Shown: in pieces, positions 32,101 to 49,871 of the stretch
How positions within the stretch are numbered: position 1 is the first letter of the stretch
Layout: each line of letters begins with the position of its first letter
NCBI RefSeq assembly: GCF_009914755.1
Contig: NC_060933.1
DNA: 64,000 nucleotides
Source: the human T2T-CHM13v2.0 reference genome, Homo sapiens
Reading direction: 5' to 3' (one strand)
The notes under the pieces: model-generated
Told to the model about the DNA's origin: nothing
Database searches by the model: none
Seen by the model: only the letters and a program-made list of their open reading frames with translations
Program-made: the position numbers and the translations under genes

Positions 32101-33529
32101 AACCCTCCTTGGAATTTTGAAAACCTCGATTAAAGTTGCCAAATTGATTACTGGATCCAGAACACAATTTTCCCCTCAGAACAGATAGACAGACTGAAGC
32201 CACTGAACTCTGCCAGGAGTCAACATGAGATTCCTTTTGCTGGATATGCAGAAATGATAGGAAAAAAACCAATGGTGAAATTTCAAGTTTCAAAAACCAA
32301 CCTTTCATTACCAATCCCAGGCAACAAACATGTCCCTGAGTGTTCTTTAAGAACATTTGGGATTTATGTACAATTTAATACTGGAGTTAGAACTTTTTCC
32401 TTATTGAATGCCAACCTTATGATGGATGTGAAAATCTACGGCCAAATACTTTTGAAAACACCTTTCTATATTGCACAGTGGGCAAATGGCTTATGTGAGG
32501 TAAGACACTAGAGGGATAAATTTCCAGATCAACATGGCTATGGTATTTAGTAATGGCCCAGCTTAGAGACTTCAGCTACTGATCTCATCACTTATTAGAC
32601 AAATTGCTGCTGACCTTACGCCTGTATATTAAGCCTCCGCAGGATGCCGGACAATGGTGAAGAAACTCCAGATATCAAGGAATTGGGAAATCCTGGCCAA
32701 ACCACCCCAAGATGATTACACTGAAATGTAGTATTAGTACTGCTGCCAGATCTCTTTTTAACATCATGTGCGTCTCTTGGGATCCAGCAAAAGTGTTAAG
32801 CCACAATGCCCTTGTGCCTTTTAATATACCACAGTGCCAGTTAAACTAATATTTTTGTTTGTTGCTTTTGGGAGTTATTTTCATTAGTGATTTCAGCAAA
32901 TCTCATGATAAAGGACAAGGTCAAGAACTCCAGAGCACTGAGCAGAGAGGCTGGTGATGAAAAGGTGAAGGCCTGCGCACTGAACTGTAAGGCAGTGGGC
33001 AGTACAGGGTAACTGGAGGCGGGGCCAGGGCCTCAGCGCTATGGAAGAGTGTCCACTGAGGCTGCACATGGCCCAGGAGTGGCACCATGTTGCAGGGACA
33101 ACCATCCCCATTTGGCTTCTCCTTAAAACACAATTGCAGCTGCATTCTGCATCGCTGAAAACTGCAATATAATATTAAATCTGTTGGTCTATGCATGGCT
33201 GCGTATGTGTTTCTTGGAACCTGTGTGACAGGGACATGTGCCTGGCACACTGGCCAGAAGACTGGGCAGCCACCATGGCAGTGCTGGATGACCTCAGTAA
33301 GAATGTGTCATGTATTCCAGGTGCTGATCTAAAAACTGTGGCTCAAATGTCACCGAGCTTATATGAAGCTCCCAGAGAGAACATTTAAAAGCTCAGAGAG
33401 TAAGTGCTGGGGAAAGCAGAGCTATCAGAGGAAATCTCTCATAGAAACGAAACCAAACCAACAGAAAATGAAGAAGGCCACATCTTTAAGGCCACCTCTG
33501 CCTCTATCAGATGAGCTGCTGGTCTAGAT

Positions 33530-33667
33530 CAGGGGCTGGCAAACTTTTCTGTAAAAGGCCAGACAGTAAAAATTTCCGATTTTGCAGGCCACATAGTGTC
33601 TGTTGCAACTATTCAACTCTGCCATAGATCATGTGTAAAGGAATGGGTGTGGCTGTTCAATAAACTA
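33530..33667. mobile_element. MER58A fragment in the overlapping 3' UTRs
   Basis: CAGGGGCTGGCAAACTTTTCTGTAAAAGGCCAGACAGTAAA matches the MER58A terminus. Confidence 0.8.
33659..33664 (+). terminator. Distal TMOD1 poly(A) signal inside MER58A
   Basis: AATAAA hexamer. Its use is inferred. Confidence 0.6.
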
Positions 33668-33669
33668 TA

Positions 33670-33906
33670 CAGTTGACCCTTGAACAATATGGGTTTGAAC
33701 TGCATGGCTGCACTTATATATGGATTTTTTTCAACCATACAGGTTGAAAATACAGTATTGGCAGGGGGCGAAACCTGCGTACATGGAGGGCTGATTTATC
33801 ACATACGTGGGTTCTGTAGGGCCCACTGTGGGACTTGAGTATGCATTGGGTTTTTGTATACTCAGGCGTTCTGGAACTATCCTCCATGTATACCAAAGGA
33901 TGGTTA
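33670..33906. mobile_element. MER8 (Tigger MITE) in the TSTD2 3' UTR
   Basis: TA|CAGTTGACCCTTGAACAA...GGACTTGAGTATGC...CTGGAAC. Confidence 0.8.
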
Positions 33907-34409
33907 TTTCTACAAAAGCAGGAGGTAAGCCCAATGCACAGCTTGCAGATTCCCCTCAGGCGAGAGACAGAGGTTAAGGGTAGATGGCAGATGACCTAAG
34001 TGGCTTGTTTTAGGAGGCCACTCCCAGGGCCACAGCTTTCATGTGTTTGCCACCAGGGTAGAAGGTCTGCTGACAAGGGCAATGACTACTAACAGCCCCA
34101 GCTGCATGGAACAGAAAGGGCATATGCTGTGGCCACCAGGCTCAGGCTCTATCCCTCAGCAGCTTTGGGATCCCATGCAGCTCACCTATTTTCTGTGCTC
34201 TAGCATCATCCAAATCAGAATGTCTCAGGTAAGTGGTAGACAACGTGACTCCTCCCCTCCCGCTGTGAAGTGTAGACGGCTGCCACGGTGGCAGCGGCCA
34301 GAACTGAAGTTCCCGATTTCTCTGTTTCTGCAGTCTTGCCATGCTTTCTCTGTATAGTCACCCCAAACCTACTTTTACCGAGGGCCTGGGAAAATGCCAA
34401 AGGTGCTGC

Positions 34410-34748
<339 letters not shown>

Positions 34749-35574
34749 TCACACACACGTGGACAGGCATTGCTCCCTTTGCTGACTAGAATCTCGTAGA
34801 TCCTGTGGAACCCGGGGAAGGTTTCCAAATAGTAAGTCTTCTGTCTTCTAGCAACAACAACTAACCACCACCCCCACCACCCAGCTTATTTTTTTGTGGG
34901 GGTGACTTCTGGTAACTGTCTGCTTCCAGTATTTACTGACTTTTTTTTTCTTTTTCCCATCTAGAGAACAGGTGGTAACTAGATGGTAATGAAAGTTTCT
35001 CTCTCTCACCAGCTATTCCAAAGCTGGCCAACTACCTCCCAACCCCCTTGTTAAGTGGTCTTTTCCTCTTTGATTGTTCCCTTTTCCAGGGGGGACAACA
35101 CACCTAAATACAGGCGATAACCCACCTACAGTGAACATGCGCAGTCCACACCCCTCTCCCCGAGGCCTGTGTCTCTCCTGCTGTTGCTAGGGCACTTGAC
35201 CATCTGATTCCTAAAACTCACACCATCTTCTTCACCTGTTTTTCCCTGATGACCTCCTGTTACTATTGATAACATCATTCTTCCTCACTTTTCCTTACCT
35301 TGCTTATCTAAGCTACCTCTGAGCCTTCCCTCTCTCCTTCATACTCACACGCAGGTACCCATCGAGTCCAGCCAATATAACCTCTGTAAAATCAAATCTA
35401 CTCTTTCTACTTGTTTAGAATTTATACTCCATCTAGCTCCAAAACAGATCGAAGTAGTGATCAATAAGAGACAACTCAAAACCACTAAAATGAAAATAAG
35501 ACCAAGAAAGTAGGAGAGGACAATCAAACGCAAATCTTACTCAAATGTGCATGCCACCTGGGTCCACAGAGAGC

Positions 35575-36359
<785 letters not shown>

Positions 36360-36638
36360 AATTAGCCCAGTAGTACAGCTCTTGGCAGGTAGACAGGCAG
36401 GCAGGGCAGGTGAGATGATCCCCATGTTAATGGGCTTGTCCAGCTAGCAATGGTGAAGCCAGGATCCCAACCCAGGCCTCCTGACTCCTGGGCTAGGGTT
36501 CTCTCAGCTCCACAGCTGGGAAAATGGTGGCACAATGTACTTATTTTCCCTGCTTATTCAGTGCTCAGTAATGAGCACTGGCCTGTCTTCCCTGTGTCAT
36601 TTTTCTAGAATAGTGAACTGACAATGTGCTTCATTTCA

Positions 36639-36806
<168 letters not shown>

Positions 36807-37387
36807 CTAGGTGTGGAAAAACAACAGGAAATCTGAAGAGCCAGCAGAGACCTGTTAAGATGCTCACGGAAGAACGGCGCATGGCGAGGAGTGCTGACGT
36901 AGAGGACTCATGGCCGCTGCTATCAGTCAGGGGCTCCTGGCTCCCACTGCGGGACACTGAGGAATTGCTGACCAAGGGGTCAAGGCACCAACTGGCCAGA
37001 TCTTGCCTCCTAGGGGGATGGGTGATGACAGCAGGCAGGGCCTTCACCCTCTAGATCCTGGGAAGCCCAACTATTTTTGCTGCCCCCTAAATATAGGAAG
37101 ACACCTGTTGGGACATGTAATGTTACTGAATTTGCTCTTCTCAGGATCAAGCAAAAGGATCAGGAAAAGGGAGATGTTAACTAATCTCTCCCTTTTACAT
37201 CTGATGAGTCTCTATGACTGTTAAGTGTTTTTCATATCTTGAGATTAAAGACCCTCAGATTTTGTACTTACGAACTCCATGCTGGAGCCATACGAGGGGT
37301 GAAGGCATGCTTTGGCTGCCTGGGGGTGGGGAGTACTGGGGGCAGCGGACAGCTCCACGTAAGCTGCTGGTGGAGCTGCCTCCTTCA

Positions 37388-37669
<282 letters not shown>

Positions 37670-38065
37670 TTAGCAAAGAAGCCCCTGCCAGTTGCTAATC
37701 TCATCCCCACTCTGACCTTTCAACTTCAAGATCTCAACTTAAAACCGAGGCTGTGGGCTGTGGGTCACCTTCCCAGGGTCCTCAGGGGAACTGGAGAGGC
37801 TGCCCAAAGGCAACTTTGCAAGATCCTTGATACATGTCAAAGGCAGGCTCATGGGAGTCACAAAGTATATTATGTGCCTGGATGCCTTTAATTCATATTT
37901 TCTTAGACTCTCTCACCAGATTTCTGAGTTTTAGGACTTGGGTTTTCTCTGAAGCTGCCAGTACTGGGAGGAGATCCATGTGGCCACAGGTGGGCACACA
38001 CAAGGTCCCCTTGGGAAATATACCACACTGTGGGAATGGGGAGATCTACCAATTCAGAGAACTCA

Positions 38066-38227
<162 letters not shown>

Positions 38228-38909
38228 TTAAAACAAAGACAAAAAAACCAAAACCCAATCATGACTCACCCAGCCTGACTTACGTGTTGCTTTGTTTCTT
38301 TCCACCCAAATCTCTTCTCTTCATAATTACAACTGTCTGAAAAGAACACTACTTGATGATCATGATGAAATAACTTAGTAATTCCAGTAATTCCAGGTAT
38401 CCTCAATCTCCCTCCTCCTAAAATGAGGGCAATGGAGACCTGGTAGTTTAGAAATAACTAGTCAAAGAATTTTGCATCCTCATACTTGGCCTAACCCTAG
38501 TGATAAAAACCAGGCAACTGGGATCTAAATTGCCATGTGAATTTGCTGGTCCATTGTATGGTCACTGGTAGGTCAGGAAATGGCCACTGCTCTATTGTCA
38601 CTGTACATGGAGGAGCTGGGCAAGTACGTGGCTGACTACAGGCTTTGTAAACTGTTCTATATTAAGGTCGAACCCACGTTGAAGGCTAAGAACCCACAGG
38701 CAGGTGTGAGCAAAAAGTTATGGAATAAAGTTGGAATAGATACATTTTTAATGCAAAGGAGCAAGAAGAATGTGTCTAAGTGTGTGTGCATGAGTAAAAG
38801 AGAAAAGGGCAAGAGGGGTGGACAACAGAAACGACATATGAGAAAGAAAGTAAAGGAGAGAAAAAGACAGGAAAGCTAGAAGATGGGTAAGTATTAAAAT
38901 ACAAGGGGA

Positions 38910-39120
38910 AGCCTGGGGAACATAGCGAGACTCTGTCTCTAAAAAAAATTTAAAAAATTAGCTGGCCATGGTAGTGTGTGCCTGTAGTCTCAGCTACTTT
39001 GGAGGCTGATGCAGGAGGACCCCTTGAGCCCAAGAGATCAAGGCCTCAGTGAGCTATGATCACACCACTGTACTCCAGCCTGGGCAATAGAGCAAGACCC
39101 TGTCTCAAAAAATATATATA
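38910..39120 (+). mobile_element. 5'-truncated Alu (AluJ-like)
   Basis: End of the left arm plus the right arm. Confidence 0.85.
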
Positions 39121-39548
39121 CAAAGGGACTAATAGGAGAGAACCTCAGTCTCCTGGGGCTCTTTGCCTTGTAACTCTCTAGGATAGAAATATTCCCCTAT
39201 CTTTGAGGGTCCAGAAATCTCAGTAGATTGTGAGGAACTTTTGGTGAATCTGCATTATGAGGTAGCCATGCCTCATGGGCAGGGGCTCTGGTGACTCAGT
39301 TACCTACCACTCATGATAAAGCTTTACAGCACCAAAGGAGCCTCATTCCCCTCAGAGAGGAACCCCAACAACCAATGAAACTACTCCACACCAAGGAGAG
39401 ATGAGGGCCCAGAGCCAGGCCAAGGAATCTGGATTGCTACCTGCCTGAGTTATGGTTGTAATGAGAATGTAGTAAGGCCAGATTCTATATAAGGTACTGT
39501 CACACAATTACATGGATACAAAAAGAGTGGGGTGAAAAGGGAGATTCA

Positions 39549-40590
<1,042 letters not shown>

Positions 40591-40964
40591 GTCCCTTTAA
40601 ACTTCCTTCAAGTGAAAACAAGACAGCACTGCCTAGAGCCCACTCTCTGCCTGCAATGTCCTGCAGTGCCCAGGAAAAGCTGTTTGTAGTCATACTGCCT
40701 CCTGCTAAGATGGGAACAGTAAGCAGACAACAGCTCTTTCTGGCCCTCATCTCCCCATGCATGAGTCTCTTTCCCAGATGCCTGTATCCTAATCCCGTTT
40801 CCCCCTGGCTTCACTCTTAGACTTCTTTCAAAACTTTACATATTACAAAATGAACACCATGGAGTCAACCAGACCTTTGTGCTTCCTGATCAAAGAAGAC
40901 AACAGTGCTTATGTAGTCTTGGTGGCGGGAGAAAAAGAAATCAAATTGGAATCTGATCAAGTCT

Positions 40965-41245
40965 CTAGTCCTGGTTGTTAATACAGTAGCTACTAGCCAC
41001 ATGTGGCTGACAAGCACTTGTGCTATAATAGGGGTGACATACATACTGAATCTCAAGGACTTAGCATGAAAAAAAGTAAACTAATAATTTTTTATATTGA
41101 TTACATGTTGAAATAATATTTTTGATATACTGCATTAAGAAAACCATATTATTTAAATTAATCTCATCTATTTTTTACTTTTAAAGACATGGCTACTAGA
41201 AAATGTAAAATTGTGTAGCTCACATTATACTTCTATTAGCACTAC
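40965..41245. mobile_element. MER33-like hAT MITE
   Basis: GTAGCTACTAGCCACATGTGGCT...ATTGATTACATGTTGAAAT...TGGCTACTAGAAAA. Confidence 0.7.
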
Positions 41246-42227
41246 TCTAAATCTAATGATCAACTTATAGGAAATAAAGAGGACAGAGAAATATATCTTG
41301 GGAATACAATTATTATTGTCCAGATTATGGGAAACTCTAAAGGTCAAATGATCCAGTTCCTTCAAAAATAAACTGCAAGGGGGGAAAAAAAGATGGAAAC
41401 AAATCTATAGGTTGAAAGACACTTAAAGAGACATACTGATGAATCACAGTGAATGAACCTTATTTAAATCCTAATAGAAATGAAGCTTAAAAAGTATGAG
41501 ACAACCGGGAATTGAGTGACTAAACCAACTAGATATTTGATAATTTATTAAGGAATCAGTTAAAATGTTTTAAGATGTGATATCGTTTTGCATCTTTTAA
41601 AACAAATTTTTATCTTTTAGACATACCTACTAAAAATATTTACAAATGAAATGGCCTGACATTGGGGTTGCTTTCAAAATAATCCAAGATGGGAGAAGGG
41701 ATGGGGTATAGGTGAGAGCTGGCCATTAATCAGTTAACTGCTAAAGCTGCATGATAGGTACATAGAACTTCACTATATTATTTTCTCTACTTTTTTAATG
41801 TTTAAAATTTTTCATAGTAAAAACTACAATAAAACCCCCAAAAACCTGCCAAACAAATGTCTTTCAACCATTTACCATGGAGAAGATGGGGAAAGAACAT
41901 TCTAGAGCACAGTGAAAACTGCTGTGGTGTTGAAAGCAACTTGTTTCCTGTAGCAAAAGGCCTATTTGCTCTATTCTGCTAATGAACTGTTTACAAGTAA
42001 TAATTACACTCTTCCCAAACTGCTTGCTGTCTTTGGAAAGAGCAAACAACTAATTGATAAACCATCACCAAGAGGAATAAGATAGGTCACTCGAAGAGGT
42101 GAGTCTTCAACCCCACAGCACCACAGAGAAACAGTATAAGCACTGGATGCAGCCAAGTGTTAGCCACCCCACAGCTGCTTTAGAGAGGACTCATGACTGC
42201 TGCTGATCACAGTGCCTAGCTTTCTTA

Positions 42228-42392
<165 letters not shown>

Positions 42393-43096
42393 CTAGCCAA
42401 TGAGAAACAAAACAGAATACAGTCTTGCTGTCCCATCTCCAGGTATAAGACAAGTGCCAATATAAGAATGATGGTCTGTTTTGTAATAACAATAGCTGAA
42501 GTCTTAAAAAACCTCTAGTTAGGGCCCAGAATGTTCCAGATAATTCAACATTGATAAATACTTACTGCATACCTGCCATGTGCAGGAATGTTAAGCTGAA
42601 AAAGTGTTTCTTTAGGTGTAAGCATTTAATTATAAAACTGCAACACCGCTGAGCAATTCTAACATGTGACTATACCCGGTTTTCATTCTTTTCCTATCAT
42701 TGCCAGCATGAACGCTAGCAAGGCATTTCCCATCACCTTATCACTTATTATGACAAGGTATAAAGTCACTCAAACAAAGCAGCCCACCTGTGAGAGCAAC
42801 AACTTTATTCCCCCATGTGGTATGAAGTGTTAATCTTACAATTCCAGATTTACTAAAAACACAGTGATCTGCTGACCAGGCTGGTGGTCTCTCAAGTGAG
42901 CTAATATGTCCAAGATTTGGAGTCCCAGATTGCATGAGCTGTAACATTCTTATTTTATAAGAAGGGATACTGAGGTCTAGAGCACTAGCTGGTCCAAAAT
43001 CATATGGTGACTCAGTGAAAGAATGGGGACGAGCATACTCCTTCTATTGTACTGTCTCGTAACCTAAAGAGAAAAGCACATTTAAAGGGGAAAGGG

Positions 43097-43393
43097 GGCA
43101 GGTGCGGTATCTCACGTCCATATCTCAGCACTATAGGAGGCTGACGTGGGAGGACTGCTTGAACCCAAGAGTTCCATACCAGCCTGGGCAACATAGTGAG
43201 ACCCCGTCTCTACAAAAAAATTAGCCAGACATGGTGATGCACGCCTATGGTCCTAGCTACCTGGGAGGATCACCTGAGCCCAGGGAGGTTGAGGCTGCAG
43301 TGAGCCATGATCACGCCACTGCACTCCAGCCTGGGTGACAGAGCAAGACCCTGTCAAAAAACAAAACAAAAAAACTCCCCAAGCCCCAAAAAA
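43097..43393 (+). mobile_element. Alu (AluJ-like)
   Basis: TSD TAAAGGGGAAAGGG. Confidence 0.88.
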
Positions 43394-43496
43394 TAAAGGG
43401 GAAAGGGTATTTATTTGGCACTGCTTATTTCTCTACTTTGAACTCCTCTTCAATAACATGCACAGAGGCAGAAGCAGATGGCTCTAGATCCATTTA

Positions 43497-44500
<1,004 letters not shown>

Positions 44501-44502
44501 CC

Positions 44503-44795
44503 TGTTTGTTTTTTAAGACAGAGTCTTGCTCTGTTGCCCAGGCTGGAGTGCAATAGCACAATCTCGGCTCACTGCAGCCTCCACCTCCTGGGTTCAAGCG
44601 ATTCTCCTACCTCAGCCTCCTGAGTAGCTGGGATTACAGGCATGCGCCACCAAGCCCAGCTAATGTTCGTATTTTTAGTAGAGACGGGGTTTCGCCATGT
44701 TGGCCAGGCTGGTCTCCAACTCCTGGCCTCAAGTGATCTACCCGCCTTGGCCTCCCAAAGTGCTGGGATTACAGGCACAAGCCACCGTGCCCAGC
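44503..44795 (-). mobile_element. Alu (AluS)
   Basis: Reverse dimer abutting the L1 fragment. Confidence 0.9.
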
Positions 44796-45761
44796 TGGAT
44801 ACTTGTATTTTTCTAAAATGGCATAGCCTTCAGTTCAGATGAGGTATTCTGTTTCATGCATGCTGAACAAAAGAATGTGAATAAAACTCCTGGAAAGCCC
44901 CATTTGCTATGGAGCTACAATAGTCCAACAGCCAAAGAAGTGAATTCTGAGCTTAATCTAAATCCAGGTAGCTTAACAGAGTCCTCCACAGAGGTCAGCA
45001 GATCTAGGCTCAAGATTAAGCTCTGCCACTCACTTGCATGTAGCTGTGAGAAAGTTAATTGACTTCTCTGAATCTTAATTTCTTTATATGAATAAAAAGG
45101 GAACTAAAGAGCACCAGAAATGAAAAGAACTGCTGAGGAGATACTACCAAAATCCTAAAGCACAGAGTACATCTGAGGGCTGAGGGTATACATGAGCATG
45201 TATCTCTGCATGGTGTTTGGAGGACAGCCTACCACTGCAAACCATCCACTGGAATACAAGTTCCACATGGGTGTGTGTCTGTTTTGCTCACCAGCATATC
45301 CCCTAGAACAGTGCCTGCCACATAGTAGGCACTCAATACGATTTGTTGAATAAATGAATATGCATCCATATCTGGGGCTCTTTGGCATCTCAAGTCCCAT
45401 ATTCTCTTTGAAATGCTCCCCTGGTTAGGGGACATTAGAGCCTGGGGTAAAGCCCCAGCCTTAAGAGGCAGTGTTCTGGGGGCCCTGCAGAGTTGGTTGT
45501 TTTCGTACTACAAAATCCTGTGGATGAGTTTAAAGATGGATCATCTTTAAAGGGAACTGAGCTCTCTAAAGAAAAGTGCTAGCAAGGGCAGCACATGTGG
45601 CATCATGGCACTGTCTGGAAAAAGAGATGATTTAATTCAAGGTCCTATATTGTTCTAGTCATATAACACTGATATATACCAGTACTTCATAATTTGAAAA
45701 TTTTTAATGGCTGTCCTTTTTTAGGGTCCAGAGAAGACACATCAGTTGATGCCTCACTTGA

Positions 45762-46068
<307 letters not shown>

Positions 46069-46154
46069 CTACCTGATCAACTCTTTAGGGTATGGATATA
46101 AAACAAGATTCATGGCACAAGCCAATGCCAACTCATTGGAAGTGGTATATAATT

Positions 46155-46730
46155 TTAAACTTTGAAAGAACATAAAAGACACAAACATATGCATGTGTGT
46201 AATATGATCAGAGAATATTTTAGGAAAATAAAAACCATCGATAACCCTACATGCCTAGATAATCCTTACTAACATTTTGGTATACACAACCTTCCATGTT
46301 TATACATGCACTTCTGGTTTTGTCATGAACATGCATTCTATATTCTCCAAATATCTACTGAGGGTCTACTACATGCTAAGCTCTGTTCCAGCACTGAGAA
46401 TACATCAATTAAGACCAAAATTCCTGTCCTCATGAAGCTTATAAATGAAGATTATACTTTCAGATAGTAATAAATTCTTTGAAAAGCAGAAAGGGATAGA
46501 ACGTGACAAGATCTGGAGAGGACTACTTCAGACTGCAGCTCTAAGGAGACAATATGTGAGCCGAGATCTGAAGTGGGGTATGCGCCATGTGAAGGTGCAG
46601 GGAAGAGCACTCTAGAGAGGAAGGAAACAGCAAATGTCAATACCCTGAGCTGGTAAATGACCCTGGCAGGTTCTAGAAAATTAAGAAGCTTGGAATCACA
46701 CCTCTACGTATAGTACTGTAAAATGTTTTC
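46155..46730 (+). repeat. Local direct duplication, copy 1
   Basis: 46207-46706 aligns nearly base for base with 48760-49274. Confidence 0.93.
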
Positions 46731-47799
46731 CAGAGTTCCATGACAAAGATTCCGGGTCACATCCAGACTCCTTGAGAAACAGTGCTGCAGTCTAGTGAAG
46801 CCAGTTCTGGGCATGGGAGAGGGAAGCAGGAAGCCTGTGACATCTCTGCTACACAGGCTACTGTCCCCACTACCAACTTATAGTGGACTACATAGAAAAA
46901 TAGAGCCCAATCAGTGTAAGAGTCAGAAAACCCACTCCAAAAGAGTTTCTGACTACAGCAGGTAGGATGAAGTATGTATGTCTAAGTACCTCTCTTGGGG
47001 TAGGCTAGTAGATTCTTTTCTAATTTATTTTAATCTCAGAACCCAAAGAGAAGACAAGCACATCTGCTCCCTATATAGCTAGGGCAGAGCATGCTCTAAA
47101 CTCGTGCACTAGACTTTGAACCCCCAGGATTCTCTAACAGAAATCCTTCAAAGCTCCTTAGTGAGGAAGGCCTTGTAAGAAACTGAGAAGAACAATCATT
47201 AGCATTTATTCAGCACTTGCTATGAGACAGAAGCATTACATTATAATCCTGAAAGGCAGATATCATAATCCCCGTTTTACAGAAAAGGAAACAAAAGCTC
47301 AGAGAAATCAAGTAACTTGCCCAGTGGTATAGCTGATAGCTGGTAAATCTGGGATTCAAAACCAGATCTTACTAGCTCCCAATCTTATAACTTTTCCTTT
47401 CCAAAGCCTTCAATGTATCCCCTCAAATTTTTTGAGGCAATAAAGAATACACAGCAATAGAGTAGAGGCTTTTTTCCCATAATTCTACAACTGTCAGGTT
47501 CTTCTCTTTCCCTACTTAGGCACTGATATTTTGCCAAATCTCCAAACACAAAACTCTCATTAAACTGGGCATGTATCCTTGACACCTAGGAATTTATATC
47601 CAAGATCTAGGCAAGTGCTGCCACCTTGTGGGTAAGATCCCTCATTGCTAATTTAGCACTTGGGTTGGGCCAAGAAAAATGATCTGCCTCTAAACCAAGA
47701 GGCTGTTTTCAAACCTTGTACATTCAGGTTTACTGTGAGAGTATCCATCTTTCAGGGTGTGGAAGTTTTCTGAATAGGAATGGTGATGAAAGTATTAAA

Positions 47800-48560
47800 T
47801 ATTATTTATTTATTTACACCAGGAATTGTGCTAGGAATTAGGGATACAGTGCTTGAAAAAAATATAGCTTTTCCCCTTTAGGAGCTTACAGACTATGGGA
47901 GGTCACAGATATTAAAATAAAAGTTACAAATGGACAAATGTTATGAAAAACAATTACAAGATGCCATGAGAGAGTGCACTGGGAAAAATGAATTTAGATT
48001 GACAGGAAAGGTCTCTTTGAGGAAGTGTCATGAAAATTGAAAACTAAGCTTGAGTAAAAATCAGACTGGAGCAGCAGAGTGGGTGTAGGAGAGTTCCTTG
48101 AAGATAGTTTGCTTGTAAGAAGGCCCAAGGAGAGAAAAGAACTCGGTGGGTTCCAAAAAACTGAAAGACCATGTTGCTGGAGTATAATGAGCAAAGAACA
48201 GTATCAGACGAGAGGAAAAGGTAAGAAGGGGCCAACTCACGCAGGAACCTAAGGGCATTTTTAAGGCACTGGATTTCCTCCATATGCACCAGAAGTGGCA
48301 GCCACTGAAAGAGTTTGAGGAGGGAGTGATGTGATTTGATTCACCTTTTAGGATCATTATGGCTGTGTGGAGAATGGATTAAGTGGCAGGCAGGGATGGC
48401 AAGCTGAAGAGTAATTTGAAAGCTACTGAATGGACTGGGTAAGAGAGGGTGGTGGTTTGGTCTAAAGTGGTGAGTGTGGAAGAGAGAAGGGAACGGAATT
48501 AAGGAATATTTGAAGAGGTGGAAATGGCAGGCCTTGGTGATGAACTGAATGAGGTAAATG
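47800..48560. mobile_element. L2 fragment
   Basis: L2 3'-end motifs (CAGGAAAGGTCTCTTTGAGGAAGTG, TTTTAGGATCATTATGGCTG). Other L2-like pieces at ~140-720, 11680-12150, 59660-60030 and 62280-63480. Confidence 0.6.
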
Positions 48561-48704
48561 AAGTCATTATCTGTTGGAAAACATGGATGTGAAAAATATC
48601 ACTGATCAATTCAGACCTGGGTCATATGTTGGGAAAGATGAAACAAGGCAGCACAGTGTCATAACCAGAGGGGGTTTTGGGGGAAACTAGTTCACTTCCT
48701 TTCG

Positions 48705-49296
48705 ATTTAAATTTTGAAAATCATATAAAATACATAGACATATGCATGTGTATAATGTAATCAGAGAATATTTTAGGAAAATAAAAACCATCGATAATCC
48801 TACATGCCTAGATAATCCTTACTAACATTTTGGTATACACAACCTTCCATGTTTATACATGCACTTCTGGTTTTGTCATGAACATGCATTCATTCCTTCA
48901 TTCTATATTCTCCAAATATCTACTGAGGGTCTACTACATGCTAAGCTCTGTTCCAGCACTGAGAATACATCAATTAAGACCAAAGTTACTGTCCTCATGA
49001 AGCTTATAAATGAAGATTATACTTTCAGATAGTAATAAATCCTTTGAAAAGCAGAAAGGGATAGAATGTGATGAGATCTGGAGAGGACTACTTCAGACTG
49101 CAGCTCTAAGGAGACAATATGTGAGCCGAGATCTGAAGTGGGGTATGCGCCATGTGAAGGTGCAGGGAAGAGCACTCTAGAGAGGAAGGAAACAGCAAAT
49201 GTCAATACCCTGAGCTGGTAAATGACCCTGGCAGGTTCCAGAAAATTAAGAAGCAACTTGGAATCACACCTCTATGTTCTATAAAATGTTTTTCCA
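48705..49296 (+). repeat. Local direct duplication, copy 2
   Basis: Same sequence as copy 1 with 12-nt and 3-nt extra segments and a few substitutions. Confidence 0.93.
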
Positions 49297-49325
49297 ATTA
49301 ATATATCACAAACATTTCCCTATAC

Positions 49326-49502
49326 CAGGGTCGGCATATTATCCTTGCTTTTGCATATAGTTTTATTCAAACACAGCCATCCAATTCTTTTACATTATTA
49401 TCTATAGTTGCTCTCATGCTATAACAAAACTGAATAGTTTTTTGTGCAACACCTAAAATTATCTACTATCTGGTTCTTCAAGAAAAAGTTTGCTGACTCC
49501 TG
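49326..49502. mobile_element. MER58A
   Basis: CAGGGTCGGCA...TACTATCTGG...AAAAAGTTTGCTGACTCCTG terminal inverted repeats. Confidence 0.75.
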
Positions 49503-49592
49503 GTTTATGCCAGTAAATATTCTTATAAAATACCATGTTAATGGCTGCCTAATATTCTACTTAAATGCTCAGCAGAATTTCCCTAACTTTTA

Positions 49593-49871
<279 letters not shown>

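Larger units (their letters stand above)
31640..33685 (+). other. TMOD1: TMOD1 3' UTR with several candidate poly(A) sites
   Basis: Follows the stop codon. AATAAA 32075-32080, ATTAAA 33174-33179, AATAAA 33659-33664. The end is inferred about 20 nt after the last hexamer. Confidence 0.75.
32020..34409 (-). other. TSTD2: TSTD2 3' UTR, overlapping the TMOD1 3' UTR in antisense
   Basis: Downstream of the stop on the - strand. Minus-strand AATAAA (TTTATT on +) at 32045-32050 and 32095-32100. The end is inferred. Confidence 0.7.
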
